A DNA stretch of 37,815 nt from a virus (taxonomy: Duplodnaviria; Caudoviricetes): IMG/VR virus record IMGVR_UViG_3300028588_000053, positions 1 through 37,815 of that record, one strand, 5' to 3'. The notes beneath the pieces are model-generated. The model was not told the DNA's origin. It saw only the letters and a list, made by a program, of their open reading frames with translations, and ran no database searches. Positions 23,756-32,985 of the stretch are shown piece by piece; position 1 is the first letter of the stretch, and the number at the start of each line of letters is the position of its first letter. Made by a program: the position numbers and the translations under genes.

Positions 23756-26416
23756 TTACTCCCAATCCTGCGTATCGGTGTAGGACGAGCGCTTTTTCGC
23801 GGCCTGCTCGCGCTCGTAGGCCGCCATTTCGGCACGAACGGCTTTGGCGAGATCCTGTGCGCTCTGTCCCGGTTGCTGGTGAATGTGGATCTCGATCGGG
23901 CGTGGTGCGGCCGACGCGGCGACCGGCGCCGGCGCGCGCGCGGCTGGTGTCGCAGCGGCAGGCATCGCGGCGCCGATCGCCAATGCAGTGCCAACGCGGC
24001 GCGAGAGCGTTCCTATGCGGGTCTGTAGAGGCGCGGCGCGCATCTGTGCCTCCATCGCCCCTGCGACCCGCGCGATGCGCTCTACGGGCGCCCTGCGGCT
24101 CGCATCGATGCCATTGGACAGGCCCTCCATCACGAAACCGCCTAGTCCGTGGAAAACACGGGATGGCGAATGGATGCCGAGCTTGGCCTTGAACCATGTG
24201 ACGACGCTATCGGCCGCGCCCGTGATCGCCTTGTTGACGAACCCGAGCGCGCCGGTGATCCCGCGCACAAGCCCCTGCATCATGGCAAGGCCCGCATCCG
24301 ACAGGCGCGCCGGCATCGAGCCGCCCAGCCAATTCACCAACGCAGCGAACCCGCGATAGAGTAAGCCGAGCGGAGAGAAGTCGACGAGCAGTCGCGTGAT
24401 GCCGGCAATGCCGCCTACGGCACCGGCATGGATTTCCGCCCAAACGCCGGCGAAGAACCCCTTCACCGCGCCCCAATTCCGGTAGATCAGGTATATACCG
24501 CCCGCGAGCAGGCCAATCGCGGCGACAACCCCGAGGACCGCTGCAATAACCGGCGCACCGAAAGCCGCCATAGCCGTGCCTAGGAACGCGAACGGCGCGG
24601 CTAAAGCCGACAGGCCAGCCCCCAACAGGGGCAATAGCGGGACAATCGCGTTGAGCGCCTGAAAGGGGATCAACAGGCCGATCAGGCCGGCGCGCAAGAT
24701 GAAAAACACGCCGCCCAACGCCGTCAGGCCCCCAAGGCCCGCCACGATCGCTGCGATCCCTTTCACCACGCCGGGATGCGCGCCGGAGAACTCAGATAGC
24801 GCCCGCGCGCCCGCACCGAGCTTGATCGCGAGCCGGTTGACGGCCGGAAGCAACGTCGTTCCGACCGTGATCGCTAGATCCTGAAAATTGTTCTTCGCGA
24901 TCTTGAGCTTCGCAGCCGTGGTGTCGTTCCGGATATTATATTCTTTTTGAACCGACCCGGCATATTCGGTCGCGTTGCCAACCTTCTCCATGCGCTCGCG
25001 CAGGCCGCTCAAATTGGCAAGCAGCGGCGCGATCGCCGTGATCGATTCCTTGCCGAACATGTTGCGCAGCTCGGCGACCTGTTGGAACTTGGGCAGGCGC
25101 GAAATGCGGGTGAATACGTCGAGGATCGTCCCTCCTGCATCGATCTGCATCGACTTGGCGACAGCGACGGCATCGAGGCCTACGGCCTTATACGCCTTGC
25201 GCAGCTTCTTCGTCGCGCTCTCGCCGGCGTTGAACTGGACAAGCACGTTTTTAAGGCCCGTGGCGGACACGTCGGCCGCGACGTGCAGCGACGACAGCGA
25301 CGATGCCATTGCCGCAATCTGGGCGGCCTGCGCGCCCGCGACACCGCCAAGCGAACCAATCCGCTCAAGCACCTCGTTGATCTCGGCTGGGGAACCGCCA
25401 AAATATTTGTTGAGCGTGTTCACCTGATCGCCCAACTCGCGCAGCTTGGGTAGCGGGAGCTGGAACGCCTCCCGCCACGCCATCATGGTCGTTCCCGCCT
25501 CTTCCTTGGTAATGTTGAAGGCGACGGCCATCTTGCCCGCCTGCACGGTGAAATCCTCGATCTGCTGACGCTGATCGCGCATCGCCGCGCCATGCTTGTC
25601 GCGGCCGACACCGGCCGCTGCGGCTTTCTCCGCCATATCGGCGAATTCGTCGGCCGCGATCGGCATCACTTCCGACAGGCGGACGTAATCCTGCGTCATG
25701 CGCTGGATCTCGGGTGACTCCATCTGCGCGACCTTGCGCACGCCCGCCATCTTGTCCTGTAGGTCTACAGCGGCCTCGATCGGCTTTTTCAGCACCTCGA
25801 CCAGCCCGACGCCCTCGCCGACCATCATGGCGCCGGTCGCGAACGAATTGGTCGCGCGGTGCGTGCCGCGATTGAGGATATCGCTACCAGCTCGTAGCCG
25901 GGCCATGCGGCTCGCGGCGCGCGCGGCGCGCTCAGACTGAGTGGTCTGCCTCTCGATCGCGGCGGCTGCGCGCGTAGCCTCTTCCCGAAGCCGGCGTTCA
26001 TGGTTGGCAAGGTTGCGTGTGCTGACGCCGGCGTCGCTTAGCGATCGCCGCATCTTCTCCAACGCCTGACTCTCGCGGTCGTGCTGGTCACTGAGCTGCT
26101 TCCCCTGCCGCTTCGCCGCCTCGAAATCGCGGGTGAGCTTTTTGGTGGGATTGCTGGTCTGACTGATCTTCTGCGCTAGCTCGCGGATGCGGGCTTGCGT
26201 CTTTGCCATCTGCTGTTCGGTGTCGCGGAGGCTGCTTTTCATCTCGCGAAAGCGGCTGATATTGCCCTGCACCTTGTTCAGCTCGGACAAGCGATCCCGC
26301 GTCGCTTTCAGGGCCTTCGCCGCCTTGGTCGATCCGCCCGCGAGATCGCGCAGCGGTTTCGTCGCCTTATCGGCGGCTTCCAGCAACATGCGGATGCGGA
26401 GGTTACGGTCTGCCAT
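23756..26416 (-). CDS. gpT: Tail tape measure protein (P2 gpT)
   Basis: 886 aa helical protein with TP901-like core, hydrophobic middle and KLGIHSPSRVF motif. Confidence 0.93.
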   Translation of the reverse strand: MADRNLRIRMLLEAADKATKPLRDLAGGSTKAAKALKATRDRLSELNKVQGNISRFREMKSSLRDTEQQMAKTQARIRELAQKISQTSNPTKKLTRDFEAAKRQGKQLSDQHDRESQALEKMRRSLSDAGVSTRNLANHERRLREEATRAAAAIERQTTQSERAARAASRMARLRAGSDILNRGTHRATNSFATGAMMVGEGVGLVEVLKKPIEAAVDLQDKMAGVRKVAQMESPEIQRMTQDYVRLSEVMPIAADEFADMAEKAAAAGVGRDKHGAAMRDQRQQIEDFTVQAGKMAVAFNITKEEAGTTMMAWREAFQLPLPKLRELGDQVNTLNKYFGGSPAEINEVLERIGSLGGVAGAQAAQIAAMASSLSSLHVAADVSATGLKNVLVQFNAGESATKKLRKAYKAVGLDAVAVAKSMQIDAGGTILDVFTRISRLPKFQQVAELRNMFGKESITAIAPLLANLSGLRERMEKVGNATEYAGSVQKEYNIRNDTTAAKLKIAKNNFQDLAITVGTTLLPAVNRLAIKLGAGARALSEFSGAHPGVVKGIAAIVAGLGGLTALGGVFFILRAGLIGLLIPFQALNAIVPLLPLLGAGLSALAAPFAFLGTAMAAFGAPVIAAVLGVVAAIGLLAGGIYLIYRNWGAVKGFFAGVWAEIHAGAVGGIAGITRLLVDFSPLGLLYRGFAALVNWLGGSMPARLSDAGLAMMQGLVRGITGALGFVNKAITGAADSVVTWFKAKLGIHSPSRVFHGLGGFVMEGLSNGIDASRRAPVERIARVAGAMEAQMRAAPLQTRIGTLSRRVGTALAIGAAMPAAATPAARAPAPVAASAAPRPIEIHIHQQPGQSAQDLAKAVRAEMAAYEREQAAKKRSSYTDTQDWE

Positions 26417-26433
26417 GATCGTCCTGGAGGCGA

Positions 26434-26471
26434 GAAAGGCGACGTGTCAGCGTGTCGACACGTCGCCTTTC
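26434..26471. terminator. 15-bp perfect hairpin between E' and T
   Basis: gaaaggcgacgtgtc-N8-gacacgtcgcctttc. Confidence 0.5.
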
Positions 26472-26475
26472 GGGT

Positions 26476-26592
26476 TCATTCATCGGGTTGGGATCGCCGG
26501 ACGGCATGCGCGCGCCAGTCCATCAGCTCGGCTAGATCCATGTCGTCCATCACCGGGGGAGACCAGTGGAAGACGACGGCCAGATCGGCCAT
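26476..26592 (-). CDS. gpE': GpE' tail assembly chaperone extension (read via -1 frameshift from E)
   Basis: MADLAVVFHWSPPVMDDMDLAELMDWRAHAVRRSQPDE; open in the -1 frame from the slippery site. Confidence 0.9.
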   Translation of the reverse strand: MADLAVVFHWSPPVMDDMDLAELMDWRAHAVRRSQPDE

Positions 26593-26600
26593 CGCGTCCT

Positions 26601-26999
26601 CTACTCGGGCACAGAGTCCTTGGCCGCTTTCGGCAGCAAAAAACCGATCACCTCGCCCCCGAGCTGCATCAGGTCGGCCGTGTCGAGGGCGGCGATATCC
26701 TGCTTGAGCAGACGCGGCAACGTGACGCGCGGCAACAGTGCTTCCAGCGCGGTATAGTCGAGGTTGAGGATGCTGGTGAGCGAGAGGCCGCGCAGCTCGC
26801 CCGACTTCGGCTTGCGCACGTACACCTCCTTGATCGTCAGGTTGCCGCGCACGATCGGCTCATCGAGCGTGACCCAACCGGGCCTTGCCGGCGCATCCTC
26901 GGCGTCCTCGACGGTGGTGTCGACTGCGGGAGCGGCCGGGGTATCGGTGGTCGTGGTGGCGATCGGCGCGGTATCGTCCGCGAGCGGGGCAGTCATCAT
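26601..26999 (-). CDS. gpE: Tail assembly chaperone (P2 gpE)
   Basis: VTLDEPIVRG, RKPKSGELRGLSL, ends in VIGFL over the slippery site. Confidence 0.92.
   Translation of the reverse strand: MMTAPLADDTAPIATTTTDTPAAPAVDTTVEDAEDAPARPGWVTLDEPIVRGNLTIKEVYVRKPKSGELRGLSLTSILNLDYTALEALLPRVTLPRLLKQDIAALDTADLMQLGGEVIGFLLPKAAKDSVPE
26637..26643 (-). other. Programmed -1 frameshift site TTTTTTG
   Basis: GGT TTT TTG at the end of E, as in P2 E/E'. Confidence 0.85.
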
Positions 27000-27014
27000 G
27001 GAATGATTGGTCCT

Positions 27015-27038
27015 GTATGCGCGTATACACGTCTACGC
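27015..27038. repeat. parS-like octamer array in the FII-E spacer
   Basis: gtatgcgc gtatacac gtctacgc. Confidence 0.6.
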
Positions 27039-27078
27039 GTTGAATGTTTGGGAAGCCCGGCCGGAGCCGGGCCAAGGG

Positions 27079-27588
27079 TTAGATGCCGATGGCGGCGCGG
27101 CGACCGGCGAGCCTGTCCACGCCATCGACCATGAGGATACGATTGAGCGGGTCGCACTCGATCAGCACCTCGCCGTTCCATTCGAGGCGGTAATAGGACA
27201 GCGATGTCTTGACCTTGAATTCGCCGCCCTCGCCGGGCTTCTGCTCGCCCATCTCGATCTCTTCGTGGCGGCCGCGCACGTAGACTTCGACCGAGACTAT
27301 GTCGCCGGTGTCATCGGCCTGATAGGCGCCGGCGAAGCGCAACAGCTCGGCATCAATCTCCGTGGCGGCGTAGCCCGCGAACACCTCGCGCAGCGGCCCG
27401 CCTGCGGTCCATTCGAGATCCATGTCGTCGCCGCCCATGTCGATCTTGACCGGGCTGTCCATGCCGGCACCGCGCCAGCTTTCGAGTTTACGGGTGAGCT
27501 TGGGCAGGGTGACGGAAGCCACCTCGCCGACATAGGCTGCGGTTCGGTTGAACAGCGCCATATCCTTGAGCTTACGGGGGAGAGACAT
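27079..27588 (-). CDS. gpFII: Major tail tube protein (P2 gpFII)
   Basis: MSLPRKLK, VTLPKLTRKLESWRGAGM, LRFAGAYQADDTG. Confidence 0.95.
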   Translation of the reverse strand: MSLPRKLKDMALFNRTAAYVGEVASVTLPKLTRKLESWRGAGMDSPVKIDMGGDDMDLEWTAGGPLREVFAGYAATEIDAELLRFAGAYQADDTGDIVSVEVYVRGRHEEIEMGEQKPGEGGEFKVKTSLSYYRLEWNGEVLIECDPLNRILMVDGVDRLAGRRAAIGI

Positions 27589-27649
27589 CGGGGAGGTTTC
27601 CTCGCGGGACTATCGGGATTGTGGAAAGGCGTGGGGGAGCGGAGGCCGG

Positions 27650-28843
27650 TTAGCCCCCGCTGTTCCCGCTCACGGCGCTCGCGAAATTCGCGTAATAGGT
27701 GTCGGTCTTGCGCTGGGTCAGGCCGATGCGCTGCGCAGGCGATACGGCGGTATAGTCATAGTCGATCTCGATCTCGCCGGAGGCGAGCTGCGCGGCCGGG
27801 TTCTTCGCGGGATCGAGCGTCGCGCTACCCCCGATGAGCTGGCCCTTGCGCACCATGCGGGACATCGTTGCGTCGATTTCCTGCACGAGCGACTTGGCGA
27901 ACGATACCGTCATGGGCTGATCGTTCGCCGGCAACAGACCTTCCGCGATCGTGTCCATGAGGATCTGCGCGGTGCGGCAGTCGCTTTCGAACTGGAAATC
28001 CGTGTCGCTCGCGGTGGTGATGTTGCCCCAGAACCGGAAGCCGCCCGAGGCAGTGCGGATCAGCGCGACGACGTTGCCGGCATTGAGCAGGTTGGCATCG
28101 CACGTCGCGCTCTGGGGATCGAAATCGACATCCTTGGTGATGCCGATGACGCCGGGCACCGCGACGTTCGAAATCGTCTTGTGGAACCCTACAGTGGTGT
28201 CGAGCAGCGAACGCAGCGCGATCGCACGCGCGCCGGCATAGCTGGTCGCTGCGGCGCCGCTGCCGTTGGTCGCGATGAAATCGGGCCAGCACAGCGTCAG
28301 CTCGCGTGCGTCGAAGCCATTGGCGAAGGTGGTTGCCTCGGTCAGCGTTGCGCCGATCGCGCCGCAATAGGCGCGCGCGCGGAGCTTCTGCGCGACGACA
28401 ACCAAGGCGGCGATCGTTGCCGCGTCCTCCAAACCGGGAATGCCGAGGATACGCGGCTTTACGCCAAGCTTGGCCTCGGCCGAGAGCAGCGCTTGCATGC
28501 CCGATTTCGCGCCCGCCGTGTCGGCGCCGATCACGGCTGCATTGGTCGCGTCCGCGTCGACACCTGGCACAACGCGGATCAGCACGACGGGCGCGCGGGC
28601 GATGTCGGCGATCGCGCGCAGAACCGTCGCTGCGGTGCCCTGCTCGCCCACGGCGGTAATCGCAGCGGCGACCTTGCCAGCGGTGATCAGGACCGGCGTG
28701 TTGACCGGGAACAGCGCCACGTCGGCCATCGGCGCGGTGACGACGGCGCCGATGATGCTGGTGGTGACGGTGTTGAGCGCAGCGGCAACGTCGCTGCTCT
28801 CGGTGATGAAAATACCGTGTTCGAGGCCGGAGGCGTCAGGCAT
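27650..28843 (-). CDS. gpFI: Tail sheath protein (P2 gpFI)
   Basis: GVKPRILGIPG, GFHKTISNV, GFRFWGN. Confidence 0.95.
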   Translation of the reverse strand: MPDASGLEHGIFITESSDVAAALNTVTTSIIGAVVTAPMADVALFPVNTPVLITAGKVAAAITAVGEQGTAATVLRAIADIARAPVVLIRVVPGVDADATNAAVIGADTAGAKSGMQALLSAEAKLGVKPRILGIPGLEDAATIAALVVVAQKLRARAYCGAIGATLTEATTFANGFDARELTLCWPDFIATNGSGAAATSYAGARAIALRSLLDTTVGFHKTISNVAVPGVIGITKDVDFDPQSATCDANLLNAGNVVALIRTASGGFRFWGNITTASDTDFQFESDCRTAQILMDTIAEGLLPANDQPMTVSFAKSLVQEIDATMSRMVRKGQLIGGSATLDPAKNPAAQLASGEIEIDYDYTAVSPAQRIGLTQRKTDTYYANFASAVSGNSGG

Positions 28844-28870
28844 GTGCTTGGGTGTCCTTGGGGCGGGAAA

Positions 28871-29203
28871 TCAGAGGGTGAGCAGGGCGACGACGGGGCG
28901 GGAGCTGCCGGTGCCGGCCGGCCGGGTGATGATGACCGTCCAGCCCGCGCGGGTTTGCTCGAGCTGGACTCGAGCGATCTTGAGGCTGGGGCGCCAGCGC
29001 ATCAGCGCCACCACGGTCGCGCCAAGCAGGCGTTGCCGGGTGCCCGCGTTCATGGGCTGGTCGACGATATTGGAAAGATCGGAGCCGAAATCGCGCCGTG
29101 CGAGACGCGTGCCGAGCGGTGTCGAAAGAATGACCGCGATCGCCTGCGTATCTTCGTCGTCGCCGGTGAGCGCGCCGGGTGCTTGGGCGTTCATCACGCT
29201 CAT
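28871..29203 (-). CDS. gpW: Baseplate wedge protein W (GPW/gp25)
   Basis: ILSTPLGTRLARRDFGS, ALMRW.P. Confidence 0.9.
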   Translation of the reverse strand: MSVMNAQAPGALTGDDEDTQAIAVILSTPLGTRLARRDFGSDLSNIVDQPMNAGTRQRLLGATVVALMRWRPSLKIARVQLEQTRAGWTVIITRPAGTGSSRPVVALLTL

Positions 29204-29748
29204 AGCGCGATCGCCTTGCCCGACTTGGCGGCGCCGGCCGACACCTCGCCGTGCCCGTGGGCGGTGAGCTTGATTCCGCCTTGCGCGGTAACGTCCTTCG
29301 TCGTGATCTCGCCGTCATGGTCGAGATCGCCTTGCAGCGTCATCTTGCCCTTGACGGTAAGGTCGGCGTTGATCGTCATCCCGCCCGGCGCGTCGATTAC
29401 TGCGGTGCCGCCATCGGCGAGCTGCGCGCCGTCCTCGAATTGGATCATGACGAGATCGGGGGATGTCGAGGGAGCCGGGTTGGCCTTGGAAAACAGGCCC
29501 AACAGGACCAACCCGGCTTCCGTGTCGCCCTCAGGGGAGAGGACGACACACTGTTCACCGACAGAGGGTGGCGACCAAACAACCACTCGACCCGCGCGAT
29601 GCATAATGATGGGGAGCGGTGAGGTGGTGAGATCGCCGATCGTGACGGTGACGAGAGGATCGGCAGGGTTGGAAAAATCGACCGACGCGATCACGCCAAT
29701 GCGGATCATGTCTCCAACCAGTCTTTGAGTATCTGCCGGATCGCTCAT
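29200..29748 (-). CDS. gpV: Baseplate spike protein V
   Basis: RAG..WSPPSVGEQCVVLSP, C-terminal HxH; ATG 29748 preferred. Confidence 0.92.
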   Translation of the reverse strand: MSDPADTQRLVGDMIRIGVIASVDFSNPADPLVTVTIGDLTTSPLPIIMHRAGRVVVWSPPSVGEQCVVLSPEGDTEAGLVLLGLFSKANPAPSTSPDLVMIQFEDGAQLADGGTAVIDAPGGMTINADLTVKGKMTLQGDLDHDGEITTKDVTAQGGIKLTAHGHGEVSAGAAKSGKAIAL

Positions 29749-29794
29749 GGAAGTATCCATGCCGATCCGGTCGATTACGGGCACGCGATTGGGT

Positions 29795-29817
29795 TTGTGG
29801 TTCCGCCTATTACAACA
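29795..29817. promoter_or_regulatory. Ogr-type late activator site upstream of V
   Basis: TTGT-N13-ACAACA centred about 57 bp upstream of the V ATG; shares TTGTG-N11-TACAACAG with the P/O site. Confidence 0.75.
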
Positions 29818-29834
29818 GAGGCGAAAGCCGGAGA

Positions 29835-30068
29835 TCAGGCATCATCGGATTCCGGTGCCGGCTTTTCTCTGGCTATCACGCCAAGCGAGATTTTTTGCGC
29901 AACGCCGCGCCCAACCTGCTCGACGCGCTCTTTGGTCGCGGCCTCATCGTAATCGCCGCCCACGTCGAAGCAGGCGTTCACGTCGCGAGAATAGACGAGA
30001 TCGCCTTGGGTGAACGTCACCGGAACCGTATGCGTTTCAGTGTTGAGGGTGCCGATTTTCGTTTCCAT
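29835..30068 (-). CDS. Small protein after the tail fibre (candidate fibre assembly chaperone)
   Basis: 77 aa, AAGGA SD, in the gpG position. Confidence 0.55.
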   Translation of the reverse strand: METKIGTLNTETHTVPVTFTQGDLVYSRDVNACFDVGGDYDEAATKERVEQVGRGVAQKISLGVIAREKPAPESDDA

Positions 30069-30106
30069 GATAGTCCTTTCGAGTTGAAGTATTTACGGAT
30101 GCTGCG

Positions 30107-32092
30107 TCACTTTCCGCGACTGTTCCAATCGACGGTTAGGGCTGTGTTTTCCCAATTGCGGATCGAGAAGCCCGATGCATCAGGCCTGCCTACGATGCCC
30201 GTGTTGTACTGAGCATTGGAGGAGTCTCGCGTGGGCGTACCCAGCCCGACGTTTACCCATTCGGTATGTTCGACGGGCATGGGCACAAACACGGTCGAGC
30301 CTGCTGGAACAGTCACCGTCCCCCAGCACTCTTTGAAGCCGTCGTAATGGACACGGTGCCCTTCCGAACCCAGTTGCGAGCTTGTCAGCGTCCTCGCGAA
30401 TGCCGTCGAATCGAGACCGTCCAGCATGTCGGCATCCAAGCCGGAGCCGGAACCATCATTTCCGGCGTGCCACAACGGGTTGCCGGCGTAGCGCAGCGTC
30501 CCATCATCCGGGTTACATCCTAGCCCTGCAAAGGTGTTACCGAAGGCGATATAGCCCGCGTTCGGGTTGTTCTGCCCACGCACGACAGCGGTGTTGGTCA
30601 TGTTCGCATCGCCAATCCACGCGTCATCGCCGATCGAGATCGCTTGACCATCTCCGTTCGATCGCGCGCGGAAACGCAGGGCGCTTACCTCACCGTCGAA
30701 GCTGTCCCCTGCCCGGTTCGCCGGCGTATAGCCGAGCCGTTCCGGGATGTTGGCGTAATATCCGCCATCCTGCCCATCTAGCATATCAGCGTCCAAGCCG
30801 GAGCCGGAGCCATCGTTGCCAGCATCCCAGACCTTCCATCCGAGGCGCGTCAAACTGTACGAGACGATATTGACGGAATCGAGGGCATTCCCGCCATCGG
30901 CGGCAAGCGCCATGTTGCGATAACCCGGCACGTTGGGTCGGAGGATGTACCCCCACTGGTCAGTCTGGCGACCAAGCCGGAAATCGCCTGCGGTTTCGAC
31001 CGTGCCCGCGAAGGCGACACCTTGATCACGGCGCGCGTAAGTCGCGCCGTCCACGCCGTCGAGCAAGTCGGCGTCCAGCCCGGAGCCGGAGCCGTCGTTG
31101 CCCGCGTCCCAGACCCTTTGCCCCTGTCTCATCAGGACGGGCAGGTTCATGTTGAAATAGGAACCTTCGGAATTCCAGAGGGCGGAGCCATTGCGGTAGA
31201 GTACGACTTGCCCGTCGCTCTGTGCGACAAGGGTTGCTGACATCACCCCGGCAGAATTCAAGATAAGCGAAGGGTTCCCACCGTGGGAGATCGCGACATC
31301 ACCAGTGAAGGTATCGCCTGCGCGGTTCGCTGGCGTGTAGCCCAGCCGAGCCCGAATGTCGGTGTAAAAGCTGCCATCAAGGCCATCGAGCAAATCGGCG
31401 TCGAGGCCCGAACCCGCACCGTCCGTTGCGGCTGTCCAGATCGGCCCTTGGTCCGTTGCATCTACTTGCGCGCGCAGGCGGCTTCCATCCCAGCCGATAA
31501 ACACGGTGTTGGCGAGCTGGTACGCGCCGCCACCTTGCCGCACAGGGGTATAGCCCAGCCACGACAGTACGGCGCCCTTGGCCTTCGCAGGCGTCACGAA
31601 CCGCATGTCGTCGACACCCGCCTTGGCCTCGTCTTGCGTCGCGATCTCGGCGATACCCGCTACCGTTTCGGTTGCCTGCGGGTTGAAAAAGTTGGTGTCG
31701 CCAAAGGTGATGCTGGTCGCGTCGATATCCGCGAACTGGATGTCGGTCGCAAGCAGGGCATCCGATCGAGCCGTCTTGATCAGGATCGGGTCAGTTTGCC
31801 CGTAGACCGCGAACAACGTCCCATCGCTGAGGTAGAGAGCAAACGCACGCATTGAATATGCGTCCGCACTGAGATCCTGCAACACGACATGGATCGTGTC
31901 TGGCGAGACGGTTCCGCCTGAGAGACTCGCCACCCGCTTCATTTCGTTCGGAAGCGCGGTGAGGCTTGGCACAGCCGCAACCGCTACCTGCGAAATACCG
32001 AACGACGATATCTCGATAGCATTGGTGCCGCTGGCCCGGCCATTGACCAGTGCCGCATAGCCGGCGTTCGTAATTGTGATTGCGATTGTCAT
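30107..32092 (-). CDS. gpH: Tail fibre protein (gpH-like)
   Basis: ITITNAG N-terminus, YLSDGTLFAVY, GIAEIATQDE, four GSGLDAD(L/M)LDG repeats, C-terminal ECWGTV domain. Confidence 0.85.
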   Translation of the reverse strand: MTIAITITNAGYAALVNGRASGTNAIEISSFGISQVAVAAVPSLTALPNEMKRVASLSGGTVSPDTIHVVLQDLSADAYSMRAFALYLSDGTLFAVYGQTDPILIKTARSDALLATDIQFADIDATSITFGDTNFFNPQATETVAGIAEIATQDEAKAGVDDMRFVTPAKAKGAVLSWLGYTPVRQGGGAYQLANTVFIGWDGSRLRAQVDATDQGPIWTAATDGAGSGLDADLLDGLDGSFYTDIRARLGYTPANRAGDTFTGDVAISHGGNPSLILNSAGVMSATLVAQSDGQVVLYRNGSALWNSEGSYFNMNLPVLMRQGQRVWDAGNDGSGSGLDADLLDGVDGATYARRDQGVAFAGTVETAGDFRLGRQTDQWGYILRPNVPGYRNMALAADGGNALDSVNIVSYSLTRLGWKVWDAGNDGSGSGLDADMLDGQDGGYYANIPERLGYTPANRAGDSFDGEVSALRFRARSNGDGQAISIGDDAWIGDANMTNTAVVRGQNNPNAGYIAFGNTFAGLGCNPDDGTLRYAGNPLWHAGNDGSGSGLDADMLDGLDSTAFARTLTSSQLGSEGHRVHYDGFKECWGTVTVPAGSTVFVPMPVEHTEWVNVGLGTPTRDSSNAQYNTGIVGRPDASGFSIRNWENTALTVDWNSRGK

Positions 32093-32124
32093 GCTATCTT
32101 CTTGGATTTGCGAGACTGATCATC

Positions 32125-32148
32125 GCCGCAGGTTTCGAAACCTGCGGC
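32125..32148. other. 24-bp perfect palindrome upstream of the tail fibre gene
   Basis: gccgcaggtttcgaaacctgcggc. Confidence 0.6.
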
Positions 32149-32152
32149 CGGG

Positions 32153-32953
32153 TTAGGCGAACCGAGCGCTGTTCGCCGCATAGTCGGCCTGCACAGCGGC
32201 AAGCGCGGTGCGGCCCGAAAGATCGAGCCGTTCCATGTAGGCGCGGTAGAACGTGCCCGCTTGGCCCAGATTTAGACGTGGCGGGTTGCCGGTGTCGCCG
32301 ACCGGGTTCGCCGCGCCCGTTGCGGATCCTGCGGCAACACCGTTCACGAAGGCTTGAACGGTTCCACCTGAGATCGACATGGCAATTTGACGAACGGCCC
32401 CGGGCGCGGCCGGAAGGAGCGGCCCAACCAAAGTGCTGCCCTGAACGCGTGTTCCGGGCTGGAACGTCTGCGCGCCCGCTGCCAGATAAAAGCTATAGGC
32501 CCACTGCACCGTTCCCGCTGCGCCGCTTGCCGATACCACGTCATCCATAGCCGCACCGCCCTGGAAGGAGTTCGCAAGGGTCTTGATCCAAAGGATCAGC
32601 AGAGCCGGATTGGCGCCGATGCTCTGCGGATTGCCGAGCAGGATGAGGGGTGGCGACGTGAGGTTTCCAGTTTGCCCCGTCGACGTGATGCCTGCCTTGT
32701 TGGCCGCATTTGCAACCGCGATCGTCCCGGACGTTCCGCCAGAGCCTGCCAGCAGGACAGCATCACCGCCCCCATCGACGAGGTTCTTGAAGGTGGCGCC
32801 GGGCGCCAAGGCACCGTCGGCGTTGGGGTTGCCGTAGCCGTCGAGGAAGTCGAACAGGAACCGAGAGCCCTTGTTCAACAGCGGATCGCGGTAGAGCTTG
32901 GTGATGTTCGGATCGGTATAGGGGTCGGGCGACTTGTGGATGACAGAGGTCAT
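32153..32953 (-). CDS. Tail-associated protein, possibly with a beta-sandwich/lectin-like fold
   Basis: 266 aa Gly/Ala-rich; QIAMSISGGTVQAFVNGV recalls LamG-like folds. Confidence 0.55.
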   Translation of the reverse strand: MTSVIHKSPDPYTDPNITKLYRDPLLNKGSRFLFDFLDGYGNPNADGALAPGATFKNLVDGGGDAVLLAGSGGTSGTIAVANAANKAGITSTGQTGNLTSPPLILLGNPQSIGANPALLILWIKTLANSFQGGAAMDDVVSASGAAGTVQWAYSFYLAAGAQTFQPGTRVQGSTLVGPLLPAAPGAVRQIAMSISGGTVQAFVNGVAAGSATGAANPVGDTGNPPRLNLGQAGTFYRAYMERLDLSGRTALAAVQADYAANSARFA

Positions 32954-32985
32954 GTCTCAATCCTTCGTAAAGTGCTGTTCAAAGA

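Noticed and set aside
27548-29728. 726-aa + strand ORF
   Set aside because: Antisense shadow of FI, W and V
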